Shown: positions 16,651 to 26,575 of the stretch, piece by piece
Layout of the letters: every line of letters starts with the position of its first letter
Numbering within the stretch: the stretch's first letter is position 1
Virus record (IMG/VR): IMGVR_UViG_3300038559_000036
Length of the DNA: 39,801 nucleotides
Source: a virus
Strand: one strand, 5' to 3'
The notes under the pieces: generated by a model
Seen by the model: the letters and a program-made list of their open reading frames with translations, nothing else
The model's database searches: none
Told to the model about the DNA's origin: nothing
Translations under genes and position numbers: made by a program

Positions 16651-18165
16651 TTATTTATCTTTAAACAACTGATAGCCAAATCCCCCAACACTACCAATTC
16701 CAAGCGCACTAGCGCCTCTTTTTAAATATTTTGGCAATAGCTGGTTCACCTCGATCTCTGGATATTTATTTCCAAAATGCGCCCTAAAGGTACTATCGCC
16801 ATGAGCTTTCTTGAGAAAATCCTCTGCCGTTAATGTAGGAATTCCTATTGATTTTTTTCCTTTAGTTATACCTAAGTAATTTTTAATCAATGGATGATTA
16901 TATTTAAGCACCTTGTCTGCATAAGTTTTATTTACTTCCTTAAACATCCCAAGCTCTGAGTGTAAACCAGCTTCTTTTAATGCTTTCGATATGGCGCTTT
17001 GAACTTTAATCCTTCCTTTTTTTAGCTTATTTAATTGGTTTGATACTTTGGTGGTTTGCCGCAATCCTTCTAATCGGCCAATAGCATCATCTAAATCTTT
17101 TTTTACATTATGAGCATTCCCAAAACTTTGATCGCCAGGAGTTATAGATTTTAATTTATTGCCATTTGGTAATATTATTTTTGATTCTTTAACTTTAGGC
17201 AACGCTTTTTTAAGCGTTTCTTTTTCAGCAGAATTCATAGCACTTAACAAGCCTTTAGATTTTATTTTAGATAAATCTACTTTAACTTTGGCTTTGTCGG
17301 CAGCACTTATTACTCGGTCATACACTTCAGTAGCAGCATCTTTAGCAGCATCCCTATCGACTTTAGCTATTTTGTCGGCCAATTCTTTAGCACCACCTTT
17401 AGGAAAAGCTTTAGGAAGATTTGCTGCCCACTTACCAAGTTTTAATAGTTGTTTTCCACCATATTGAAGTCCACTAAAAACTCCCCCAGCAATTGCTCCA
17501 CCTGCGGCTTTTTTCCCTGAATTTTCTAATCTAGATTCGCCTTCATTAACATAATCTGTTGCCCCCTCAAGACCACCTGTTAATCCACCAGTAACTATAT
17601 TTTTTGCTAAATTACTATTTAATAGCCATTTTGGAATACCTGCGAGTGCCTTGGTGGGTATGTTTCCTGCTAATGCCCCTACAGGTTTTTTAAGTGCTAT
17701 AGCCGCTAATATATCTCTATTAACTTTACCTATAAGTTCTCCTCCATTTGTTATAAGAGGATAGTCTTCTCCAGCTAATTTAAGACTTGATTCTCGTTCC
17801 CTTGCTTTTTCTTTAGACCAATCGGATACACCTTGTCCTAAATAACCGCTTTCTAATAAAGGCTGTAATGCTCCGTGTACTGGTGCTTCGTAAACTGCTC
17901 TTTGGCTGGTTAGACCAGCCAATAACGCTTTTACGAATGGATTACCAACAGAATCATTATTTGTTTGTGGCATCGGAGCGCTTTCAGGCTTGATATCTTC
18001 GCCGATTGATGTCTCGCGATGAGGCTCTTGGGATTCTAACCCCCTTCTTCTATTCCTTTCTGCTATAGCCTGCTCTTTAGTTACAGATGAATAGCTGCGT
18101 GCACCAGACGATAAATTGCGTCTTCTCTCCCTTTCTGCTATAGCCTGTTCTTTAGTTATGCCCAT
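16651..18165 (-). CDS. Internal virion / ejection protein candidate
   Basis: 504 aa, positioned like P22 gp16/gp20. It has an N-terminal duplicated TKEQAIAER..RRR motif, Gly-rich hydrophobic stretches and a Lys-rich C-terminal half. Confidence 0.5.
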   Translation of the reverse strand: MGITKEQAIAERERRRNLSSGARSYSSVTKEQAIAERNRRRGLESQEPHRETSIGEDIKPESAPMPQTNNDSVGNPFVKALLAGLTSQRAVYEAPVHGALQPLLESGYLGQGVSDWSKEKARERESSLKLAGEDYPLITNGGELIGKVNRDILAAIALKKPVGALAGNIPTKALAGIPKWLLNSNLAKNIVTGGLTGGLEGATDYVNEGESRLENSGKKAAGGAIAGGVFSGLQYGGKQLLKLGKWAANLPKAFPKGGAKELADKIAKVDRDAAKDAATEVYDRVISAADKAKVKVDLSKIKSKGLLSAMNSAEKETLKKALPKVKESKIILPNGNKLKSITPGDQSFGNAHNVKKDLDDAIGRLEGLRQTTKVSNQLNKLKKGRIKVQSAISKALKEAGLHSELGMFKEVNKTYADKVLKYNHPLIKNYLGITKGKKSIGIPTLTAEDFLKKAHGDSTFRAHFGNKYPEIEVNQLLPKYLKRGASALGIGSVGGFGYQLFKDK

Positions 18166-18176
18166 TTAATTACTCC

Positions 18177-19121
18177 CTATTTATCAGGACCATCTGCTAT
18201 GGCGTCTATTTCTGCATCGGACATGGAAGATAGCTCTTTCTCATTACTACTATTGCTTTCTGGCCTAAAGTCATCGTAATCGTCATATACTGGAAAACGA
18301 TAATCTAATCCTTCCTTAGTCTTTTTCTTCCATGCATCGGCATAGGCGTTTTCTTCTAATAGTGAGTCAATAATCATTTGATTAGTTGCGTCAGTATTTA
18401 AAGGATTAACTTTTGCTGATTGCATAATTTTAGCTAAAAAGTCAGTTACACCTCTTTTTCCTACAGCGCCACCGCCTAATGAATTCATATACCTAAGTAG
18501 AGCGCTGTTACCTAATTTTTGTGCCTTATTAAGGGCATCAAGACCTTTTTTATCTCCGTTAAACTTCCGCCATACTTGAGAGATAATCCCTGGCTCTTTT
18601 TGCAAAAGTATATTATTGAATGCCTCACTCATATTAGGATGCTCTTTCATTAACTTTTTAAACTCTTTTAATTCTTTGCCCATTTGCATGAGGTTTTCGG
18701 CTTTAACAAGATTATCTTTCATACGTTTTGTCGTATCATGCTGCTCAGCTTTAGGCAGCTTATCCAAAGATCCAGGAATATATTTTCCGTATTTTGATGC
18801 ATCCGTAAGTTTATTGTTTTCAGCAGCAGCTTGACTGTTTGCATGATTTGCGTGCGCCTGATTTAACCCAATCTTAGATTCAATCTCCCTATTATAATTT
18901 TCAGCCTGGTTTTGTCGTAACATAGCAGTAAACTTTTCCATATCAGGAGCATATTGAGCCTTAGCGCCTTGGATAGAATTTTGGTGACGCGTACCCTCAT
19001 TCTCTAAACCACGTCTTTCGCCAGCATGTTGAGCTTCACGCATTTTTAATAAGCCAGAGAACATATCATCTTTAAAATCGATAGGATCAATGGCAGCAAA
19101 ATTAATAGGTGTAATAGGCAT
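18177..19121 (-). CDS. Internal virion / ejection protein candidate
   Basis: 314 aa, charged and coiled-coil-rich, in the ejection-protein position. Confidence 0.45.
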   Translation of the reverse strand: MPITPINFAAIDPIDFKDDMFSGLLKMREAQHAGERRGLENEGTRHQNSIQGAKAQYAPDMEKFTAMLRQNQAENYNREIESKIGLNQAHANHANSQAAAENNKLTDASKYGKYIPGSLDKLPKAEQHDTTKRMKDNLVKAENLMQMGKELKEFKKLMKEHPNMSEAFNNILLQKEPGIISQVWRKFNGDKKGLDALNKAQKLGNSALLRYMNSLGGGAVGKRGVTDFLAKIMQSAKVNPLNTDATNQMIIDSLLEENAYADAWKKKTKEGLDYRFPVYDDYDDFRPESNSSNEKELSSMSDAEIDAIADGPDK

Positions 19122-19123
19122 AA

Positions 19124-19969
19124 TTATCCTCCAAAAAGTGCGCCAAGAGAGCTAAACATGTCAGTAAGTCTACCGTTAGCAGCATCAAGGCCGCCTTGGT
19201 TTTTCGAACTTAGTAAATCACCAAATAAACCCATCCTGCTGTTTCTTTTATTAGCTTGATCTAACCTTCTTTGACGTTCACCCTCAAATCTAAATCCTGC
19301 TTGTTGTCCTAAATTAGTTCCCAATATACTTGCTAAATCATGTGCAGCATCGCCGCCTCTTCCGGCCTCCCCTGCTAATACTCTTTCGCGCCCAGCCAAT
19401 CTTCTTTCTTCACCTTCTAAGCCAGACTTTTGAATATTCAAAACATTGGATAAATACTCTGCCATATCAGAGCCAAGTAAATCTTTAATTGTTTCAGCTT
19501 GGTTTGCTTGATCATACTGGGTTCCAGAAAAACCACCAGATGCCGCACTATTTCTAGTAGCCCCTAGCATTTGATTTTGTTTGTAATTGTAACCCCTAGA
19601 TGGCTCGTAATCTTTCATTAAGTTATTCATAAAAGCTGTAGGATCACGTCCCATTTGGCTATATTCTGCTGGAAATTGAGTTGGGTTAGTAGTAGAGGTA
19701 TTACTATATTGATCTAAAAGACTGTTATAAGCTTTTCTTCCTTCTTCGGTGTAGGGGTTTAAATAGCTTCTAGCCATACCTGGAATTTGGTTTAAATATT
19801 CCATGCCAGCCCCATAATTGCCACCACCGCCTCCTCCGCTACCACCAAAGCCGCTCATAGCGCCCATTAAGCCACCAATCGGACCACCTGTCAGGTAACC
19901 CATGCCAGCTCCCATAAGAGGCTTAGTTACGCCTTTAAACATCTTTCCTACGCTTTTAAAAAATCCCAT
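19124..19969 (-). CDS. Internal virion / ejection protein candidate (Gly-rich N-terminus)
   Basis: 281 aa. It has a GGPIGGLMGAMSGFGGSGGGGGG membrane-active-looking N-terminus and sits in the ejection-protein position. Confidence 0.45.
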   Translation of the reverse strand: MGFFKSVGKMFKGVTKPLMGAGMGYLTGGPIGGLMGAMSGFGGSGGGGGGNYGAGMEYLNQIPGMARSYLNPYTEEGRKAYNSLLDQYSNTSTTNPTQFPAEYSQMGRDPTAFMNNLMKDYEPSRGYNYKQNQMLGATRNSAASGGFSGTQYDQANQAETIKDLLGSDMAEYLSNVLNIQKSGLEGEERRLAGRERVLAGEAGRGGDAAHDLASILGTNLGQQAGFRFEGERQRRLDQANKRNSRMGLFGDLLSSKNQGGLDAANGRLTDMFSSLGALFGG

Positions 19970-19981
19970 TATCTATGCTCC

Positions 19982-20230
19982 TTATGGATATGAAGTAGTT
20001 GTAAATTTTACTAAACTACCGTTAACTTTTCCAACAAATATAGGCGGCGTACTGTCGGTTACATACCAAAGCGTACCATCTGGCATCTGTGATGATATTA
20101 TAGCTAAGTTTGCCATCGTTATCTCTGGTACAACCCAACCATTGTTACTTAAATTATCCCTTAAAGTTTGATTTAATTCTTGGTTATAATTTTCTTGATT
20201 GTCATTTTGTATGTATGTTGGTAAGTCCAT
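19982..20230 (-). CDS. Small virion-module protein
   Basis: 82-aa ORF abutting the upstream gene (the boundary falls at base 20230). Confidence 0.45.
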   Translation of the reverse strand: MDLPTYIQNDNQENYNQELNQTLRDNLSNNGWVVPEITMANLAIISSQMPDGTLWYVTDSTPPIFVGKVNGSLVKFTTTSYP

Positions 20231-21849
20231 TAATACAACTCCACCATTCCGTTATTAGCTACAAAACGGCTTAATCCCCAAAATCTTAATTTTAAAGTTA
20301 AACTATTACATGCTCCTAAATTTTCCCAGTTAAGAATGTTCTGACGTATTCCTATAGGGTTTAAATTTCTAGAGACGGTATTGCTCCAGGATACACCGCT
20401 GTCTCTTGAGACCGTTAAATCAACCCTAGGTTGATATGGGATCGTAAGTGATGCTATATCACTAGAATCCTCATCTGCCATTTGTTGTCCAGCCTCAGTG
20501 TATATAGTATCGTCAGGTGGAGTAAATAAATCCTCAGTTATTAGTAAATCCTGTCCAGGGCTATTTATTGATAATCCTGTAACATTTTTATCGTTGCCTT
20601 GTTCAATTGTAAACACAAAACTGTTTGGCCTGAATTGACTACTATCATCTTCCCTAATAGTATCACAAATTCTAATCCTTTGGATCTCATATATTTGAGT
20701 TGGATCTGAAATCATAGTCGGTAAATTTTCATTATATGTAGTTAAATCCGTTGATGATAAATAAATAGCAGCATTATTTAATGAAACAAAATAAGTGTTG
20801 CCATTAAAGTAGGCATAATTTTTAGCTGGATGATAATCTAATGCGTAATCACTAAGATTAAAAAACATTTCTGTATTAAAATCATAAAGAATGGTTAAAT
20901 TATCAGCTGGATTATAAAATGTTAATTGATAAAATAAATGACCATCTTGTCTATAAAACATGGCCGTTGATTCAGCTACATATTTAATGTGGGATAATTG
21001 GTGATCAATACCATCTGTTGATATTGGCTTAAATCCTTGTCCAGTATACACCATAATAGTTGGTGCATTATTTTCATTAATAGCGAGCCACGCTACATAT
21101 CTATCTGAGGTTGCAATGGTTGAAATCGAGGCACAACCATAATCAATGTTTATGGTGTTATTACGTCTATAATTTTGAAGGCCGCCAATTTGTGTCCATA
21201 TCTCACAAACTGATGTACCCATAACTAAAACGTTAGCGCCTTGCCCTGGCAGCCTTACTATAGCTAATGCATAATCAGGTTTAGTTTGTAAGGCAAATTG
21301 TCCAGGAGTTGCTTGTATTATTGTGGTTGGTGTACTGTATTTATAAGCATACCAAGCTGAGCCATTACTAGTTCTGTCAGCATTTCCAAAAAGGAAATAG
21401 GTATTATGATACTCTACATAATTTGGGATAAGGTTACCTAATCCAGTTTGAACCGTTAAACTGGTGCCTGGCAGGGAATAATTATAGATGTAAGCATTTA
21501 ACCCATCTACAATACAAATCTGTGAGTTTAAATTTTCATCTATATATACAACACCTCTTTCAGTTCCCAACATTCCTACAAAAGTAGGTACAAGGTGCTC
21601 GTTTAATGAATAAACAAAACTGTCTACTACTATGATCAAAATGTTACCACGAATACTAGTAAAAATAGCACGGCCTAATCCATCCGGAAGTAATTCATAA
21701 ACTTTTTGATACCCAGCGGTGTTAACTAGCCATTCGTCAGAAACAAACATGTTGTATGTTTTTTCACTTGAGATTTTCTTATATCTACCGAAGGTTGAAC
21801 CTCCCACTACATTTACGGGCTCTTGTTTGGCGTTGGGTGTTTGTCTCAT
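20230..21849 (-). CDS. P22 gp10-like packaged-DNA stabilisation / tail hub protein
   Basis: 539 aa, second gene after the capsid-proximal genes. It looks beta-rich, and the C-terminal pattern (DLTVSRDSGVSWSN...LNWENLG...LKLRF) resembles the gp10 family end as I remember it. Confidence 0.45.
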   Translation of the reverse strand: MRQTPNAKQEPVNVVGGSTFGRYKKISSEKTYNMFVSDEWLVNTAGYQKVYELLPDGLGRAIFTSIRGNILIIVVDSFVYSLNEHLVPTFVGMLGTERGVVYIDENLNSQICIVDGLNAYIYNYSLPGTSLTVQTGLGNLIPNYVEYHNTYFLFGNADRTSNGSAWYAYKYSTPTTIIQATPGQFALQTKPDYALAIVRLPGQGANVLVMGTSVCEIWTQIGGLQNYRRNNTINIDYGCASISTIATSDRYVAWLAINENNAPTIMVYTGQGFKPISTDGIDHQLSHIKYVAESTAMFYRQDGHLFYQLTFYNPADNLTILYDFNTEMFFNLSDYALDYHPAKNYAYFNGNTYFVSLNNAAIYLSSTDLTTYNENLPTMISDPTQIYEIQRIRICDTIREDDSSQFRPNSFVFTIEQGNDKNVTGLSINSPGQDLLITEDLFTPPDDTIYTEAGQQMADEDSSDIASLTIPYQPRVDLTVSRDSGVSWSNTVSRNLNPIGIRQNILNWENLGACNSLTLKLRFWGLSRFVANNGMVELY

Positions 21850-21867
21850 TTATGGAGTATCCCTTAA

Positions 21868-22584
21868 TTAATTGGTAGTCCAGCCCTTTCCAAGATTTAC
21901 TTGCGCGTAATTGATCGAGTTGCCCGAATTAAAAGTAGAAGTTTTATTAATCCTTAAATCCATTGGGCTTGAACGCTTGGAGATCATTTGTTGATATTGT
22001 AGTAGTTGTTTAGTTAATGATGGGGAAGGTGCGAAATTGTATGCTGTACACAATCTGTCGGCTAAACGGTATTGTAAATAATTAATATAATACTGATCAA
22101 GTATTAACGATAAGTCTTGATTAATAGTTACTGTTTGCAATCTAAAGCGCCCTGTTAATTGCATTGGGTAAGCAGTGTCCGGAAAGAAATAGATAAATAA
22201 ATTACAGCCACCTAAACAACGCTCGCAATGCCAATTATAAGGCAATGATTCAACATTTTCTGCGCGTGCTGCACCAAAATACAAATCTTGAGATTCTTTT
22301 CTCATTTGATACCGAATGGTATTAATAAAGAATGTTAAAGTTTCAGGATCAGATAGGTTTGGAATAAAATACATTTCTTGGCCAGGTACTGCATTAAAGT
22401 CATATGATGTCGTAAAATAAGGGATCATATCTTCTTCAATTGCAGTATCAGACAAGATTTCGTTTAGTTTTAAAAAGCCTGTTTGCTCCTGGTCTCCTGC
22501 CACTTGCTGAAAATTTCTTGAGACGATCCCTGAGGTATAAAACGCCTCGCTAATCAGCAGTGTGACAGGGTAAGCCATGGACAA
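21868..22584 (-). CDS. Head completion / head-to-tail adaptor candidate (gp4-position)
   Basis: 238 aa. The call is positional only. Confidence 0.35.
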   Translation of the reverse strand: MSMAYPVTLLISEAFYTSGIVSRNFQQVAGDQEQTGFLKLNEILSDTAIEEDMIPYFTTSYDFNAVPGQEMYFIPNLSDPETLTFFINTIRYQMRKESQDLYFGAARAENVESLPYNWHCERCLGGCNLFIYFFPDTAYPMQLTGRFRLQTVTINQDLSLILDQYYINYLQYRLADRLCTAYNFAPSPSLTKQLLQYQQMISKRSSPMDLRINKTSTFNSGNSINYAQVNLGKGWTTN

Positions 22585-22591
22585 GTGCTCC

Positions 22592-23332
22592 TTATAATTG
22601 ATCTACATAGCCAAATACAGAAACTGCTATCGCAGCAGAACCATTTGAAACTAAGTAATCAACACCAGTTGTGCTTGTTATAGTTGTACAAGGACAAACT
22701 AAAGATGTACTAGTAACGGTACTAGCAGGTGAGGACATATTAACCTGGCCAGCCGCTGAACTTGAGCCACTAGCTTTAAAAGCAGCAGTACGAGTTGCGC
22801 CAGCGTCAGCTGTTAAAACTGCCTCTAGTATTACAGAACTTGCAGTGCTTGGTACCATTGCTGAAACGTTAACTAAAGCAAAAGTAGTAGATGCACCAGC
22901 TGTTACAGCAGTTGCAACGGCAGCCGCATACCACATAGTGCGACCAGCTTGGCTAAAGTCTAGAATTGCAGCAGCGCCGCTTGTTAGAACAGCTCCAATA
23001 CGGCGGAACATATCATAACCAGCAGGTAATGTTGGAGCGCTAAAGCTAGTTGATAAAAGGCCAGCCGTAGCGTTAAATCCAGTAGAATCGCCGATTACAT
23101 AAACCGCATATAAAGTGCTATTGGCTAATGCGCCAACGTCTAATCCGTTAGCTCCGTTAGCAGATGCCACAATAGTTGCAGCGCTTGATAACACAATGTC
23201 GTTAACATTGGTTGAATCACGAAACTGTCCGGAGGCAATTGTAATACTAGTGCCGCTTACAAATGAAAGCGCACCACCTTGGACATAAAGGTTACCAAGG
23301 TTAACCATAGGGTAGTTAGGTTGTATTGTCAT
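22592..23332 (-). CDS. Ala/Ser/Thr-rich virion protein directly after capsid gene (decoration or tail accessory?)
   Basis: 246-aa ORF with a good context after the capsid terminator hairpin. No motif recognised. Confidence 0.5.
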   Translation of the reverse strand: MTIQPNYPMVNLGNLYVQGGALSFVSGTSITIASGQFRDSTNVNDIVLSSAATIVASANGANGLDVGALANSTLYAVYVIGDSTGFNATAGLLSTSFSAPTLPAGYDMFRRIGAVLTSGAAAILDFSQAGRTMWYAAAVATAVTAGASTTFALVNVSAMVPSTASSVILEAVLTADAGATRTAAFKASGSSSAAGQVNMSSPASTVTSTSLVCPCTTITSTTGVDYLVSNGSAAIAVSVFGYVDQL

Positions 23333-23352
23333 AACATTCTTCCTTTTAAATA

Positions 23353-23370
23353 AGGGGCATGGCTGCCCCT
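23353..23370 (-). terminator. Hairpin after major capsid gene (attenuator/terminator candidate)
   Basis: aggggca-tggc-tgcccct forms a 7-bp GC-rich stem. On the minus strand it is followed by tattt. This is a common position for a partial terminator in phage late operons. Confidence 0.45.
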
Positions 23371-23386
23371 ATTGTTAATCATCAGG

Positions 23387-24634
23387 TTATAGAGGAAATA
23401 CCAAAGCCATCGAATATTCTGGTACTAGCGTACTTCCCCATATTGCATCATGGATCATCCCCATCTGATTTTGTCCAAATAGATTTCCGTAATACATACG
23501 CATTGATACACCTGTTTCTGGATCGTTTTCGTTTCCTGTAGGGAACGGTACTTGATCAGGCAATCTTGGCATTGCTAAGAACAATGGATCGCCAGCTGTT
23601 ATCAGCCCAGACCTGTGACTTGGTAATACAGAAACCTGCATACCAGGTAATATTTGGGTATTTAAGTTTTGAGCATTAGTTTGAGATGCTTGTAATGCTG
23701 GGAAGATATTAACAGTTACTTGCGATCCATTGGTGGATGCAGCAGCTGCGGTAGCTTGGAATTGAACTGGGTTAGCGGATACTTTATGCCCAATAAAAGT
23801 TCTGTAACGTAAGTTGGTATATCCAGCTACGCCATCGTTAAATTGGAATTTATCGTATTGAGCAACAGAGTTAGCATCATTTGCAGCATGAGTACCACTA
23901 AAGGTAATAGCTGTTACAGCGCCGTTAGCATCTAACGTAGTAGAAACTACAGTTAAAGTGCTTCCTTGTTGTCCTTCAGTTCCTGCTATATGAATTGGCA
24001 ATAAGTTAGATTGGTACCAATCGCAATTAGAGAACTCCCCTAATTCCCAACTGTTCGCAATCTTGTTATTACGATCCATTGCAAATTGGCTTAATCCAGT
24101 ACCAACGATGTTAGGTACAACGGTGTCACCAATATATGCTTTGGCGCGGCCATTAGCTGAACCATAGTTACGGTATAATGCTAATGCATTAGCTAATTGG
24201 GTATAGCTGTTAATTGGGTTAACGCCATCACCAAAGAATCTATAAGTATTAGTTACACAATTTTGTGCAACGTTAGCTTCGATTTGTGCGCCAATTTCTT
24301 GAACAGCAGCTTTACCGAAACGTCCCATGTATTCCTCAACATTGAATATAAATTGTTGAGATGTAAATGTATAGCTAGTTGAAACTGATTGATCGCAAAC
24401 CAAAGTTTGTATTCTTTGATCGGCTGGTTGAAAAGTTGCAACTAAAGAGTTAGTAGTAGTCATTCTAGGAGGTAAATCAAAGCCTACTGAATCCCCTAAG
24501 TTTCCGACCAATTTTTCAAAGTTCTTAAACTTGGTGTTTGCAGTAGATATAAAACAATTTAAGTTTTGTAGAAAGGCAAGTGAAGACATTTGGTATGTTT
24601 GCACTTGTTGTAAAATATTTGTTGGTCCTGCCAT
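23387..24634 (-). CDS. Major capsid protein (P22 coat-like position and size)
   Basis: 415 aa, immediately downstream of the scaffold-like gene and followed by a hairpin. The assignment to the P22 coat family is from gene order and general sequence character only. Confidence 0.7.
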   Translation of the reverse strand: MAGPTNILQQVQTYQMSSLAFLQNLNCFISTANTKFKNFEKLVGNLGDSVGFDLPPRMTTTNSLVATFQPADQRIQTLVCDQSVSTSYTFTSQQFIFNVEEYMGRFGKAAVQEIGAQIEANVAQNCVTNTYRFFGDGVNPINSYTQLANALALYRNYGSANGRAKAYIGDTVVPNIVGTGLSQFAMDRNNKIANSWELGEFSNCDWYQSNLLPIHIAGTEGQQGSTLTVVSTTLDANGAVTAITFSGTHAANDANSVAQYDKFQFNDGVAGYTNLRYRTFIGHKVSANPVQFQATAAAASTNGSQVTVNIFPALQASQTNAQNLNTQILPGMQVSVLPSHRSGLITAGDPLFLAMPRLPDQVPFPTGNENDPETGVSMRMYYGNLFGQNQMGMIHDAIWGSTLVPEYSMALVFPL

Positions 24635-24705
24635 GTTAAATTTTCCCTTTATCTAGCGTTAATCTAGGTAGGGATATGGCAATGTAGTTAGAGGTTAACG
24701 ATCCT

Positions 24706-25467
24706 TTAGCCTTTCAACCAAGGGGCGTTCTTAAAATCCTTCAACGTCATCTTGCCGCTATCCATACCGACCGAAGAAGATTTAAGTTTTGATAAAGGAG
24801 GAGGGGCACTAACATTGTTGGTTTTTGCTTCTAGATTATTGGCTATCGATTTCGATAACCTTTCTAGCTGTTTTGTCGCTAATTTAGGCGAGGTCTTAGC
24901 TAGTCCATCTATCTCTAACAGCTTTGATGGGTTATTAGCCAGCTCATACATAATCTCTGGCGTATTCTCCATTTGCGCTGCAAGCATTACCGCATTGGGA
25001 AATTTATCAGGTTCAAAATCACCCATGACTTCGTTAAAGTCTTCAAATAACTGAGAGCCTTTACCCATTTTAAGGTAGTACTGATCAGCAATTGTCTTTA
25101 ACTCATCTTCCTGAGTTTTTCTTTCAACCTCATCACGATGCTTTTGTAAATCCTGCATGAACTGTTCGTATACTTGCTGCTTAATAGCAGTAGCATCTAT
25201 TTCGCCTTTTGACGCTGGTTTCCCAGCAGCCTCAGCACGAACCTTTTCAAGTTCAGCTTGATATTCCGCTTGCGCCTGTTGACGCGCGCGTTCAGCAGCA
25301 TGAGCCTTTTCCCGTTTAACAATGTCATTCACCTGGCTAGTAGTCAGTGTCTTTTCAGTGCCACTGTCACTAACTGGCGCTTCGATCCCTGAAGCTTCTA
25401 TATCATCCATAAACCCACTATTTCCCCGTGACGGTAAAATAACCTCATGCGCTGAGTTCGCGACCAT
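24706..25467 (-). CDS. Scaffolding protein
   Basis: 253 aa, charged, Ala/Glu/Lys/Gln-rich and predicted helical/coiled coil. It is directly upstream of the capsid gene. Confidence 0.6.
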   Translation of the reverse strand: MVANSAHEVILPSRGNSGFMDDIEASGIEAPVSDSGTEKTLTTSQVNDIVKREKAHAAERARQQAQAEYQAELEKVRAEAAGKPASKGEIDATAIKQQVYEQFMQDLQKHRDEVERKTQEDELKTIADQYYLKMGKGSQLFEDFNEVMGDFEPDKFPNAVMLAAQMENTPEIMYELANNPSKLLEIDGLAKTSPKLATKQLERLSKSIANNLEAKTNNVSAPPPLSKLKSSSVGMDSGKMTLKDFKNAPWLKG

Positions 25468-25663
25468 TTATACCCGATGGCTCGGTAGTAACCTAAGTTT
25501 CTACATCCTGTATAAACCTAGTAATTTAACTTTAGTTTAATTTCTGAATTTGCGCAATGTTTGCACAGGATTTTGGGAATATCAGACTTATTTAGGGCGT
25601 GTCAATAACAAAGTGTTCTTTTTATTGGCGAGCATCAAACCTAGGTAGTTCCTCTACTAACAC

Positions 25664-25693
25664 TTGTAAAACCCGTACGGATTGTAGTATAGT
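25664..25693 (+). promoter_or_regulatory. Promoter candidate for yefM (TTGTAA-18-TATAGT)
   Basis: Hexamers read by eye at 25664..25669 and 25688..25693. It contains the GTAGTATAGT motif also seen upstream of two other plus-strand accessory genes. Confidence 0.3.
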
Positions 25694-25719
25694 TGGGATT
25701 GCTATTGTGGAGGTTTTAT

Positions 25720-25974
25720 ATGACAATTTTAAGCGTAAGTGCTGCAAGACAAAATTTATATAGTTTGGTTAATGAAATATCTGATGGGCATAAACCGATT
25801 TATATTAAAGGCAAAAAAAGCAATGCCGTATTGGTATCCGAACAAGAATGGAATAGCGTAAAAGAAACAGCATATCTTATGAGCAGCCCCTATAATGCTT
25901 TGGCTTTGATGAAATCAATTAAAGAAATAGAAAAAAATACACGCAAGAAAAAATCTAAAAAATGCCTAGCATAA
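25720..25974 (+). CDS. yefM: Phd/YefM-family antitoxin, no cognate toxin gene downstream
   Basis: MTILSVSAARQNLYSLVNEISDGHKPIYIKGKKSNAVLVSEQEWNSVKETAYLMSSPYN is the classic YefM signature. A GGAGG RBS lies 7 nt upstream of ATG 25720 (the track start at 25693 is a TTG extension). Only 138 non-coding bp follow before relB. Confidence 0.8.
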   Translation: MTILSVSAARQNLYSLVNEISDGHKPIYIKGKKSNAVLVSEQEWNSVKETAYLMSSPYNALALMKSIKEIEKNTRKKKSKKCLA

Positions 25975-26070
25975 TTTGCTTTAAAAGTATACGGCGAAAA
26001 AACGACCAAAAACTCCTCTTTTTTGATCCAATTTTTTATGTGCAAAAAGAGGTATATCTTTTGCTATAGC

Positions 26071-26090
26071 TTTGGTATACTTTGGTATAC
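26071..26090. promoter_or_regulatory. Operator candidate for RelB: tandem TTTGGTATAC x2 (each with GTATAC palindrome)
   Basis: Read directly, with a third related copy (atgttatac) following. It lies 23 bp upstream of the relB ATG. Confidence 0.45.
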
Positions 26091-26112
26091 ATGTTATACG
26101 GGGCGATACATT

Positions 26113-26325
26113 ATGCTTGCTATTAGAATTTCAGAAGATTTAGAACAACGCTTAACTAGACTGTCCGAAAAAACAGGTCGCACTAAAAGCTATTATGCTA
26201 GAAAAGCCATCCAAGAATTTATAGAAGATAGGGAAGATTATTTATTGGCAATTAGCGTGCTAGAACAAAAGAACCCTACTATATCTTTGGATGAATGGAG
26301 CAAAAAGAATGGTTTGGATGATTGA
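26113..26325 (+). CDS. relB: RelB/ParD-type ribbon-helix-helix antitoxin
   Basis: MLAIRISEDLEQRLTRLSEKTGRTKSYYARKAIQEFIEDRED shows a beta-strand then helix RHH pattern. It overlaps the downstream toxin gene. Confidence 0.8.
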   Translation: MLAIRISEDLEQRLTRLSEKTGRTKSYYARKAIQEFIEDREDYLLAISVLEQKNPTISLDEWSKKNGLDD

Positions 26326-26575
26326 ATTAGACAAAAAGGCCGTGAAACAATTGGACAAATTAGGGAAGCCAGCACAAAAACAAATAAGGGACTTTTTAGC
26401 GAATAAAATTAGGAGACTTAGTAACCCTCGCAGACTAGGTAAGCCCCTAAGTGGAACCCACAAAGGATTATGGAGCTATAGAACTGGGGTATATAGAGTT
26501 GTGTGTGAGATAAAAGACAGTACGTTAGTAGTAATTGTGGTTAATGTTGGACATAGAAAAAGCGTATATAGTTAA
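26309..26575 (+). CDS. relE: RelE/ParE-family toxin
   Basis: LGKPLSGTHKGLWSYRTGVYRVVCEIKDSTLVVIVVNVGHRKSVY is the RelE signature (G.YR...I.....V..VGHR..VY). A GGAG lies 8 nt upstream of ATG 26309. ATG 26318 is an alternative start. Confidence 0.85.
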   Translation: MVWMIELDKKAVKQLDKLGKPAQKQIRDFLANKIRRLSNPRRLGKPLSGTHKGLWSYRTGVYRVVCEIKDSTLVVIVVNVGHRKSVYS

